Of a stretch of DNA of 64,000 nucleotides, positions 53,001 through 63,902 are shown piece after piece. Each line of letters starts with the position of its first letter. The stretch's first letter is position 1. The translations under genes were made by a program, and so were the position numbers. Origin of the DNA: Candidatus Altimarinota bacterium (lineage in GTDB: Bacteria; Patescibacteriota; Gracilibacteria; BD1-5; UBA2023); the NCBI GenBank assembly GCA_031375155.1, contig JANMHM010000012.1:2343-66342 (forward strand), in the 5' to 3' direction. The notes below the pieces were generated by a model. The model made no database searches. It was not told the origin of the DNA and saw only the letters and a program-made list of their open reading frames with translations.

Positions 53001-53447
53001 ATGACATCCTACTTTATGACGCCAGTAATTGAACCTTCAAGTTTCTGATGAGTTATACTCTCATATGCTTATTCTTTGCAATATCATATTTATTGGTGGA
53101 TAGATACTTTCTTTTTTGAATGACCATTTCCATGGTATTGACTATATCTAGGCTCTCTTTTTGCCATTCTCATCGGTATAATTATATATTCTGTTATTTA
53201 TAGTATCCTATATTTTTTCTTCTCGAAGAAAATCCCTCAATCATCTCTTTCTAAGAAGTTAAAGTATAATAATTGGATAAATATCTTTATCCGTCTCATT
53301 CCATTGGGGTATATCATAACCAGTATCCATAGTATATCTTCTTGAAAATCATTTAAAGTAGGTTTATTGTACGAGGTAATCTATACTATCAGCACTGGAA
53401 TTATTTATTTTATAGGATACACGATTTACTACTACTATTTTCTTTAA
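53001..53447 (+). CDS. Hypothetical multi-pass membrane protein (148 aa)
   Basis: ATG 53001 to TAA 53445 with 5 TGA. Very hydrophobic and Tyr/Ile-rich. Confidence 0.45.
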
Positions 53448-53453
53448 AAACCT

Positions 53454-54317
53454 ATGAAGTCTTCCTGTATTTTCACCACATTGACATTTGCCACTGGAGT
53501 ATGACTCCTGGCATATCACTCAAATACCTCCAAACAAGAGATAACATCTACTGAAATAGCACCAGTATCTGCGAGAGTACAACATACAGTTGTAAAGTCA
53601 CTTTCATGAAATTTCCTTTCTGGAAGTCGACCAGATATGGCGTATTTTACAGATCAAGAATTACTTAGGACTATAGTATCAAAATCCTGGAATGCACAAT
53701 ACTATGAAGACTACGGAGCAAATGGTAAGACAAATATCGATATAGAAAGATATCGTGTAAGTATCGAAGGAATCGAAGAACTTCTCAGGGATAATCCATG
53801 ACTTCTCGATCGTATAGCTCACGAAATATGGTGGCAAAAATATCTCGCATGAGAGCTTGCACCAGAATATGTCCTTTTGATAGAAATGAGATCATTTCTC
53901 GCTGTGGAGAAATTTGCCTCCGAGGAGCCAGAGATATATGTAAGTATTTTAACAAAGAGCCCGAGATGGGAGACAGAATGAAGGGAAAGTGCTCAAGCAC
54001 GAGAAAATATCCTCAACCAAACTCTTATAAAAGTGAATATGACAGAAAGCAATCCATGAGTTGTGGAACGCATGACCGCATATGGCTATAACTATGATGA
54101 TATATACAGAGTAGCTTCTATAGAAGAAAGAAATTTCTATGATACACTCGATACTATACAAGCACTCGAAGATCCGAATCTTGGATATCCTGAAGTACGA
54201 GAGCAATTCTTTGCTTCAGATACTGGAAAAGCATATCTTGCCGGAAAAATAGATCCTCTTTATGCTTATCAATACTTCAATGAACTCATGATCAAGTATA
54301 CTGAAAATATACACTAA
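53454..54317 (+). CDS. Hypothetical protein with an N-terminal signal/anchor (287 aa)
   Basis: ATG 53454, same frame as ORF 54063-54317, several TGA. Confidence 0.5.
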
Positions 54318-54320
54318 ATT

Positions 54321-55205
54321 ATGAAGATTTCACATTCTCTTCTAAAAACCATCTGTTTTTTTACTTTTCTAATAGCAATTTTAGTATGATTCTGTTGGTA
54401 TAAATGTCTCACAAAAGAAACATCCTATATCACGAATATACGACCTTCTGTAGTTGATACTTACCCTACGACCACATGGTGAGAAGTATGAGCTAATCCA
54501 GAGTCTACTCGATATACTCGGGAGATGATCAAAAAAGATCCGTACTGGATTTTCTCAAGCCCTTCTGAGAATGAAATCCGTATCAATATCCCAAGATTTC
54601 TCGAACAGACTACCACTGAGAGACGCGAATTCATAGAGAAAATTGCCCACATGGACAGGTATGACCTCACGCTCCATATATCCTGATCTGAACCTATAGA
54701 TATAGCAAAGTTTATTCATTTCATGGAAGATATAGATAGATATAAGTCGATCACATTTATATTTTATGATATTCCTGAGAATTATTATGATATATTCGAC
54801 CGATTCCACTCGAACTTCGATATGAAAAATATCTCTTTTATTTTCTATGGTCAAATGTTCCCAGATGGTTTTCACCTCAATGCTTTTATAAAACATCTTT
54901 CCGAGATGGTGATGAGATCCCTCCTAGAAAATCAGAAACTTGATACACTTTCTTTAAGTTTTGAAGAGACCGCAGATTTCGCATTTATTCTCGATGAAGA
55001 AGCAGAAAATGCATTGAAAAAGATACTTATAAAAAATCTCATCTTGGAACGTATAACAATAAATGCATCGCCAATGTGACTATGAGATGATTCCAAATGA
55101 AAGGCTCGAGTAGAAAAATTCTTTCGAGAAGCTCGAGCAGAAACTATAGAAATAGACAGAGTTGGGCAAAAGAAAGACGGAAGTATTATACTTTATGGAT
55201 TTTAA
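54321..55205 (+). CDS. Hypothetical membrane-anchored protein (294 aa)
   Basis: ATG 54321, same frame as ORF 54723-55079. Continues through TGA to TAA 55203. Confidence 0.5.
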
Positions 55206-56057
55206 CTATGATTTCTGTACAGAGTACATCCACTCCTCATTCCCCGCCTCCCCAATGACACTCGATTTCTCTTTTTGCAAAATTTCGCAATTATGTAGTT
55301 CGAGAAAATCTTCCCACTCTTTTTGCCTTTTCTGTACGATTTTCTCATTTTTCACGACTCAGGTTTTCCGGAGATGTTCTCGTCCGACCTCGAACTGCGG
55401 TTTCCAGAGAAGGATGATATGAGTCTGAGTATCTGCGAATCTCAGTATGCTTGGCAAGATTCCCTGGAGTGATATAAATGAAGCATCACAGACGATGATG
55501 TCGTAGTGTGTACTGCTCTCGAACTCTCGTATATCAGTCTGCTCATAGCTGGTAACTCGAATATCGTTTCTGATGCTTTCATGAAGTTGGGCGGTTCCTA
55601 CATCCACTGCATCTACATGACTCGCTCATCGATCCAGGAGGACCTGCGTGAATCATCCTGTCGACGATCCGACATCGAGACAATACATTCATTCGATCTG
55701 CAATGATTCCTGTCATTTCGAAGTATGAGAAAGCTTCCTCTGTGTACCTTCTAGCAAGATGTCTTCATCCTTCGTAGTACTACGGAGAACAGGTCCTATC
55801 ATCGATACGACAGGCACTAATAATTCTCATTGTTGAATTCACAATTGCTCAAGAAATCCATCGAGCTTCCCTGCACTGCGAGAGACCCAATGAAGACTCT
55901 TGTCTTCAATTAAATTCACAATATCTGATTCACTCACACCGAACGATACTTTAGTGATATTGTTTCCGTTCACTTCTGCGAGTCCAGATTCGATATATTG
56001 CTTCGCTTTGTTTCTTGTGAAGCCATATTTCTCACTAATGAAGAGATCAAGTCGCAT
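55206..56057 (-). CDS. tlyA: TlyA-family rRNA 2'-O-methyltransferase with an S4 domain
   Basis: ORFs 55839-56057 and 55359-55607 are in one frame. Motifs WVSRSAGKL, LDVGSSTGGFTQVLLDRGA and KPQFEVG. TAG at 55206. Confidence 0.85.
55708..55815. mobile_element. 108-bp MITE-like element inserted in frame in tlyA
   Basis: Termini CCTGTCATTTCGA (55708) and TCGATACGACAGG (55803-55815) are inverted repeats (11 of 13 match). TCATT pentamers at 55689 and 55827 lie 138 nt (46 codons) apart. Confidence 0.6.
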
Positions 56058-56060
56058 ATA

Positions 56061-56576
56061 TTAGGATTCGATATTTTCTAAAACTTTTCCAAAAATGTCT
56101 TTTTCGAGAATTTCCCTTTCTTCTTTCGTGAACTTCGAGAGCACCCAGTCAGAGACTTCGTATTTCTCGTGTCGTCCGATCCCGATCTTGATACGCGTGA
56201 ATTCATCGGTTCCGAGCTTTGCTATGATATCGCGAAGCCCATTTTGTCCACCATGGCTTCACTTGTCGCGTTTCCGTACCTTGCCGAACTCCATATCGAT
56301 ATCATCTGAGATCACGATGAGGTCATTTTTCGTATCGAGTTTATAGAAGTGTATGAGACTCGCGACGGCATCTCAGGAGAGATTCATAAATGTTGTCGGC
56401 TTGAAGATAAGAATATCATTTCCAGCCTTTTTAGAAATAGTTCACTTATGCTTCGAGTCTTCCCATTCGCCGAAATCTCATGATTTCTGGAGGAGATCCA
56501 CCATCATAAATCCGACATTGTGTCGAGTATTTTCATATTTTTTTCCTGGATTTCCGAGTCAGACTATGATCTTCAT
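56061..56576 (-). CDS. pth: Peptidyl-tRNA hydrolase
   Basis: [23 protein letters not shown], with TGA at the conserved Gly. 5 TGA in total. TAA at 56061. Not in the standard-code track. Confidence 0.9.
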
Positions 56577-57071
56577 ATTTTGTCTGTATTTATAATGATA
56601 TATTCTCATCATCCAAATGTTTTTTTCTGATCTGAAGGGAATACTTTCAAATAGTTCATATCTACGACTAGTATGAGAGAGTGTACTCTTTCTCTTTCCT
56701 GTATTTCGAAGAAGCGTAAGAGTTTTGTGCGATATCCTCGACTATTTCCACTGAGAGAAGACTCTTCACGCACTGCATACTCTACTCATAGTATGCTGCG
56801 AATGGCAGATGCAGTAGATATACAGTTTTTCGCAGGGCTACTGTAGATACGACCGCTATATCGAGACTCAGCACTAATGTCTTCCCTTCGAAGCTGAGAG
56901 AGTAATCTTTGTTGTCGAGGATTCCAGGGAGAAAAGAGGGCTACAAGCATAATAACAATATACTTATTTATAATATTTTGTCTATATATTTTCTTGCATA
57001 AATCTCTCTTATAATTATGAGAGACTCTTAAAACATGATAGCCTATATTGGTAATCCTTATTATTGCACTT

Positions 57072-57941
57072 ATGAGATATTTTACTTTTTTGCTTTTTCT
57101 CGCCAGTATTTTTTCCTCCTCTTTGTTATTTGCATCGTCGGATACTTCAGTATATATACCAATACAAAACTCTTGGTCTTGTCTCATGACAAAATGGCTT
57201 ATAGATGGTCAAGGTAAAATCGGGATTGATGTCTTACATAACTACCTATCGAACATCGATACCGCATGTCGAAGTGATGGGGAAACGTCTCTTGTGCCAG
57301 ATATATATCATCAAGAAGTTCCAGTAGGGGAAGTGAGATATCCTGGATGTGACCAGGATAATATTACTCTCTGAAATGGTCAAGTATGGTCTTCGTGTGA
57401 TGTGGGAGCTACAAAGTCGTATATATGATTATCGGCGAGTGGAGTATTCATCCCAGCTGTGAGTCAGGAACAAGTATGATATTATTTTCAGTGGGGACAA
57501 ATGATAGGATGGTTATCGAGTAGCGGAAAACTATCAGGTCAAAGTATCTCGTATCCTTCCCTTAATAGCTCTTACTGAACTCCTCCGAATATAAATACTA
57601 CCTTGACAGTAGCAAATAACTGGTCTAATGGATTCTCACCCCAAGGTCCGTGTATGGGTGGGTATCATGTACCTTCGTCAGATGAATGGGATAGCGCCTA
57701 TGCTAGCCAATGATTGAATCAAAATACTTTTAATAATACTCTGAGACTCACTTATGACTCAGGAACAACTATTCCAGTGATTTGAACTCATTACTGGTCA
57801 TCTTCATGGGATACCCTTAACCCTGGATGGGTAGTATGACAGGTCGTTTCTGCTAATCCTTCTATGTATGGTAATGCCTACAGCAACAGTACATCTGATC
57901 CACAACTCTATGGGAGAGTGCGATGTATAAAAAATAACTAA
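57072..57941 (+). CDS. Secreted protein with a Fibrobacter-succinogenes-major-paralogous (FISUMP)-type domain
   Basis: Signal peptide MRYFTFLLFLASIFSSSLLFA. Motifs YYFQWGQ, GGYHVPSSDEWDS and GRVRCIK. About 9 TGA. TAA at 57939. Confidence 0.6.
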
Positions 57942-57958
57942 TACTATATTCTTTCTCT

Positions 57959-59011
57959 ATGGAAATCGAACGCTTTCTCACACTCATCGACGATATCATC
58001 AAAAACCATATCTCCGATCTCCACTTCACGACTGATGAGTTTCCCTATATCCGAAATGGTGTCGGAGATATGACTCCTATAGCGGCTTTCGGAAAACTCA
58101 CAGAGACAGATATAGCCACGATGATCATGCACCTTGTTGGGAGGCCATTTACTGACAGGACTATGGATCTCTCCTATGAGCGTGGTGTGACGCGATTTCG
58201 TGTCAATATTTCTCGTACGATCCATGGCGTCTCTCTGGCATTTCGTATGATCCCTTCCACGATACCAGAGCCAGAGTCGATCGGATTTCCGAAGCATCTC
58301 CTCGATCTCACTCTCGCAGAAAAGGGTATCATCCTCGTGACTGGTCCGACAGGAAGTGGAAAGTCGACGACGATGGCGGTCATGCTCGAGCATATCAATC
58401 GTACGAGTCAGAGACATATCATCACGCTCGAAGATCCCGTAGAGTTCGTCTACCAGAATAAAAAGTCTCTGATCCATCAGCGAGAACTCGGAAAGCAATT
58501 CGATAATTTTCCGGATGGTATCAGATCTATCCTCCGAGAAGATCCTGATGTCATCGTCGTCGGAGAGATGCGTGATCTTGCTACGATCAGTGCAGCCGTC
58601 ACACTTGCTGAGACAGGGCATCTCGTATTCTCGACTCTCCATACCAATGACACTGTCCAGACCGTCGATCGTATCATCCAATCATTTCCTCCTGATGAGC
58701 AGAGTCAAATCCGTATGCAGTTCTCACTCGCACTGAAGGCGATTATCTCACAGGTACTCCTTCCGAAGATGGATGGTACTGGGCGTGTCGTCGCTCGTGA
58801 GGTCATGCTCAATAATGACTCCATCCGAAATCTCATCATCCGTGGAGAGACTCATCATATGTACTCGGTCCTCGAGATCGGAAAACAAGAAGGGATGAGC
58901 CTTATGGACGACTCTATCATCGATCTCTATAAGCGAAAATATGTATCTCGTTCGACGATAGAGAAATATGTCCATGATCCTGACCGTATTTCTATGTTCA
59001 CGGAAGAATAG
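57959..59011 (+). CDS. pilT: Type IV pilus retraction ATPase PilT
   Basis: Intact 350-aa ORF with GPTGSGKSTT, Asp/His boxes and TLHTN. Confidence 0.9.
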   Translation: MEIERFLTLIDDIIKNHISDLHFTTDEFPYIRNGVGDMTPIAAFGKLTETDIATMIMHLVGRPFTDRTMDLSYERGVTRFRVNISRTIHGVSLAFRMIPSTIPEPESIGFPKHLLDLTLAEKGIILVTGPTGSGKSTTMAVMLEHINRTSQRHIITLEDPVEFVYQNKKSLIHQRELGKQFDNFPDGIRSILREDPDVIVVGEMRDLATISAAVTLAETGHLVFSTLHTNDTVQTVDRIIQSFPPDEQSQIRMQFSLALKAIISQVLLPKMDGTGRVVAREVMLNNDSIRNLIIRGETHHMYSVLEIGKQEGMSLMDDSIIDLYKRKYVSRSTIEKYVHDPDRISMFTEE

Positions 59012-59025
59012 TTATACTTACTCTT

Positions 59026-59835
59026 ATGCTTAAAAATAGTCTTTTTACATCTATTCTCTCTCTCTGCGAGAAACATGAGGTTCCTAAGAAATCTTTTCTC
59101 AAGTGAGAAATCGTACTCGATCATGAGTCTAATCATAGTCTCTACGTCTTCTCTTCTGGATGGTATAGTGTCTGGACGGTGAGTCCTTTCGGTGGACTCC
59201 ATGAGGTCTGAGAGATCGACGCACCGAGTACGCTCGGAGAGGGAGTATTTTTCTGATCATTTCGAAAGCCGGTAAAAGTCATCACAGAAGCAGCAGGAGA
59301 AGTCTATATCCTCGATGAGAAAAACATTGCTAAACTCGCTCGTCTTTATCCGACATTCCATGAGCTTCTCATGCGAGCCTGTCTCTCGACGACCAATGAG
59401 CGTGTACGAGAAGCCAATACAGAACGATCAATCGGCTACGCTCTCGTCGATGCACTCGAAACACATACATTTGGAAATATACCGACACTCCTTTCGACGC
59501 TCAAAAATACATTTTCTCTCACTGATGCCCTCTGGATAGAACGACATGAAGTCCTCCATGACCTCTTTGCTCTGAAATATCAGGAATCTCGTGGAAATAT
59601 CCCAGTGAATGAGCGTATCGATATGCAAAAATACGGAGATCACTATCTCGTAGTACAAGACTTCCCACATCTACAAGGATATGCACATATTTTCCCACTT
59701 GTTTCAAGGGGGGTATGCTATGGGTATCTCATCTATATCATGTCGAGTGATCGTATCCTTGGCTATGTGAGACGTATCACGGATGATATGATTCCCAATT
59801 TTATCCGACTTATCGAGTCAGGATGGAAGAAGTAG
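59026..59835 (+). CDS. Putative regulator: cNMP-binding-like N-terminal domain plus a GAF-like C-terminal domain
   Basis: ATG 59026, same frame as ORF 59371-59835, 3 TGA. ...LYVFSSGWYSVW...LGEGVFFG...AAGEVYILD pattern. Confidence 0.45.
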
Positions 59836-59846
59836 TGTCGTCAAAT

Positions 59847-59877
59847 CAAAAACTCCAGTAATACTGGAGTTTTTTTT
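59847..59877. terminator. Rho-independent terminator
   Basis: AAAAACTCCAGTA-ATACTGGAGTTTTTTTT. Confidence 0.7.
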
Positions 59878-59910
59878 GTTTCTAGAAAGGCATTGTGGCA
59901 TGATAGATAT

Positions 59911-62900
59911 ATGCTTCGTAGACTTCTGGCATCCTGCATGATTCTTTTTGTCCTGACTTCGAGTCTGGGGCAAGGGATTTTCGCTGAGGAAATGAATCCA
60001 ATACACTCTCTCGATACACTTCCCTATGGAGATACTGGAGAAGGTGATAGAGAAAAACTTCTCGAGACTTTAGAGTCCCTAGAGTCTGATATGAAAGCAG
60101 AGAAATATACACTTTCTGCTTCTCTCGAACTTCCTGATGAGACTATAGCGCTTCTTTCTGATAAGCGAAGCTTTGATCTCTCACCTTCTATTTTTAGCGG
60201 ATTTGTCCTGGATCCATTTCAGGGATTTTTCTCATCATCACTCGTTTCTGGAAGTGGTATCTTTTCTCTTGTGCCGACTCTCAGTGATGAGATTTCGTCA
60301 GAAATCCTCTTTTCAGATACTTCCCTGACTCGCACTCTCCGCGTCGAAAGAAATATAAAAAACCGTAAAAAAGTCTCATCTACAAAAGGATATCTTACGG
60401 TGAATCTCTTCACAGGAACGATGATTTCTACCCTTTCTGGTGAGCTCATCGACCCTGCGAAGATCGGATTTTCTCCACTCTGATCTCTCGAAAAATCCAA
60501 AGCAAAGGCAAAATATGAGAAAAAGATGAAAAATAGAGGAACAAAGAAGAAAGGTCTCGCAGAAGCGGCAGTCGAAGGATTCGAATTCGGACTTTCTGGA
60601 ACACACCTGATCTTCTCTTCGCCTGTCGAGCTCAGTATCGATACACCGAATATGGGAGAGGGCATGGCTCTCGATATCATGACGATGCATGCTGGAGATG
60701 CAGATTTCCATACAGGAGGACTCTCAGTCTCTCCAGATACTCTCTGTAACACTGATGGATCTGCGAGTATCCCCGGATCACAGGCAAGTGTAAAAAACGG
60801 AAAAGTGACGTTCTACACGTGTGGAGCATCGTCATTTACCATGAATCCGACAGGAGGTACAGCGGGATCCAATGATCTTCGCCTCGTCATCGGTGACTGT
60901 GCTCAGACACAGATCTACTACAATGGACTTGCACAGGTATACACAGGAAATCCTCCAGCAACTGGGTGTAGTACGAATTCGACTATGGATTCTTGGCCAG
61001 TACTCCGTATCGGAGGTACATCATATGGAAATGACTTCACTGCATGGACTACAAATACGACTACTGGATCAACGAATGGAAATACGTATACAGCTACTTC
61101 GACTATGACCCGCGTCGTATGATGACTTACCTATACGCTTATTATCGATTGGTCACATACTGCCCCCAATAAGTACGTAACTTGGAGTTGGCGAGTCATT
61201 ATACCAGCGGGAAATACGAACAATGTAATATTTTATTATGGTATGGATACTTTTGTTGCTGGATGAGATACTAATGATACCGGATACTATACTCTAACAG
61301 GATGACAGACTCTTGGAGTGTATGACAGTGTAGCAAATGTACTCTCAGCATTTCGGTACATGTCTGGGGTGACATGGACTGCACATCAGGCAGATAGGTG
61401 GAATAATGTACGTGCACAGATTGCTGGATGAGCCAACTTCACGAATTTTGTAGATAACGCATGAGGTGACCTCTGATTTGGTATCAACTGGAATTTCGGC
61501 ACAGGAGCAAATGTCACTTATAGTGGTACTGTCGAATGGAGACTCCTCCCGTATGTCTCTACTCCGACAGTCGATCTCATTCCAGGTATCGCTCAGCCAG
61601 AGTGACCACTTGCTGTAGGAGCACTTTCCCAACTTCCTATTACAATAGATAATATCGGAAATCTCTCTTCTAGTGGTGTCCATACTGTCGTATTCACTGT
61701 TCCGACCAATATCACTGGTCCTGCAAGTCCATTCACAGATAATGGATGGTCCTGTGGAGCTCAAGTAGGGACAGGAGTGACATGTACCAAGACGACCAAC
61801 ATCTCTGCCCCGAGTGGCACTGATAATCTCCGTATCCCCGTCACTCCTACTCTCGCAGCAAGTGGAACAAGTGTGACATTCACAGTCCGAGTGTCTAATC
61901 CATGAGATGGGAATGTCAGCAATAATACTGCTTTCGCCACCAACTCCGTAGTATGATGAGCCCCAGTAGTCGATGCCTGAGGAATCGCTGGAGAAAGCTT
62001 CTGGCTCCAGGCAAATAATAGTCGGACGAACTGTACTATCCAGTGATGTACGATCACATGATGGACCAACATCGGATGACTCGGTGCAGCTGCAAACGCT
62101 GTCGCAGGACTTGGTACTGTCACCTATGACGCTAATACGACTATCAACGGGAATCCGACAGTATACTTCAATAATGCCTCCCTCAATACTAATAGTAACC
62201 TCAATATCACGACCGCTGCAGCCTCTGTATTTGCAGTGACTCGTATCGGCACGGGGTGAGCATGGAGACTCTGACCACAGACAGCAGTCAATAATAGTCT
62301 CGACTGGATGACCACATCGATACAAGATCGATTTGCTCTGTACAATGGTGTCGTTTTCTATAGTGGCGCCAATCTCCGATCACCGAATGTTCCTGCTATC
62401 ACGAGCTCTCTCAGGCAGGCATGAGGTGCATCAGCCCAGTTTACCAATGCTCGTCAGACCCTTGCCTCAGCAACTCCTGCAACAGCTTTTGTAACAGCGA
62501 GTATAGGGCCATGAAGGTCCAATACAACGAATGCTACTCTTACGAACTTAGCAGAGATCATCACATTTCCGATAGCACTTACTCTCGCCCAAAAAAATCA
62601 AGTCGAGTCGTATCTCGCTATCAAGTATGGTATCACTCTCGACCAGACGACGCCGACGAACTACACTGTATCTGGAGGTGTGATCGTCTGGAATGCTACA
62701 CTGGCATGAGCGTTCAATAATAATATTGCCGGTATAGGACGAGATGACGTCTCAACACTCAACCAAAATCGTTCTCAGTCAGTCACGAATACTGGTGATA
62801 TCATCGTCTCGAAATCTGCTATCGCGACCAACCGTATAGCACTTACCTGGGCCCATGATAACACTCAGATCACTACATTTACTCCTACCGATGCTCCGAC

Positions 62901-63897
62901 AGGGTATCAGCGAATGACTCGAGAGTGGCTCTTTCAGGAGAAAAATGGAGACCTCGGTACAGTAAATATCTCCTACCCAGCATCATCTATCGGGACTGGA
63001 TTTACCGCACCACTCATACTCCTCGCAGATACAGATAGTACATTTTCGAGCGGAGCTACTGCCTATACAGGGACATATAGTACCGGCACCAATACATGGG
63101 ACTTCTCACTCAATATCGCTGATATGCAGTATGTCATCTTCGCGAAAACCGTCAGTATCGATACGACTCCACCGACGATCCTCTCGAACTCAGTGGCATC
63201 TGGTACACTCGCACCGATCGGTACATTTCCTATCACGATCACCTACAGCGATACAGGATCAGCGATCAATACAGGATCTCTCACAGGAGCTATCTATGCC
63301 TGGGACTCGACGGGTGCGACATGGAGCCCGACGGATATCGCATGAGCCTATCTCTCTATCGTGAGTGCTTCCACATCGACAGGAGTATTCCAGCTTACGG
63401 GACTTCCTTTCGGAAAATATAGATTCGACCTCTCGATAAGAGATACAGTAGGAAACACACAAACACAGAGCTATACATACTACATTGACGGACTTACCTG
63501 GACTATCAGCGCGCCGACCTACTCTATCTGACCAGCACAGACGAGTATACAGACATTTGGTACTGGAGAACTCCTCCTCACGGTGCAGACTGTAGGAGCG
63601 GGCTTCGACCTCACGATGCTTCGTACGACCGACCTCACATATATCACTGATGTCATCCCAGTCTACTCAGGTTCGACGGGGTGGGGATATGATAAAAATA
63701 CCGGAAGCGGGTACTCATCGACGATCACAGCTCACGGAACAACGCAGACGATCGTCTCGGTGGCAAAAGCTATCAATACCAACGGACAAAGAAATACCTT
63801 CGTCTACCGTGTGAAGTTCTGAGTCAATGCGAGTGCCAATACTCCAGCGGGAGACTATAGTGGAAATGTGCGGTTCTGAATAAATTTGACGTACTAG
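59911..63897 (+). CDS. Giant secreted surface protein (1,328 aa) with a LamG/ConA-like lectin region
   Basis: Signal peptide [26 protein letters not shown] verified frame 1 line by line from 61141 to 62940, and all fragments share that frame. About 30 TGA. ...[33 protein letters not shown] is a motif typical of LamG-type adhesins. TAG at 63895. Confidence 0.75.
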
Positions 63898-63902
63898 TGT
63901 AT

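Noticed and set aside
56669-57187. Minus-strand ORF (133 aa in the track, longer with table 25).
   Set aside because: The product is Arg/Ser-rich. It overlaps the start of the FISUMP-domain gene and its promoter region, and nothing supports it as a protein.
57944-58681. 245-aa ORF on the minus strand.
   Set aside because: It is antisense to pilT.
61345-62325. 326-aa ORF on the minus strand, with other antisense ORFs across 60219-62345.
   Set aside because: They are antisense to the giant surface-protein gene, whose plus frame is continuous for 4 kb. The products are Cys/Ser/Arg-rich and implausible.
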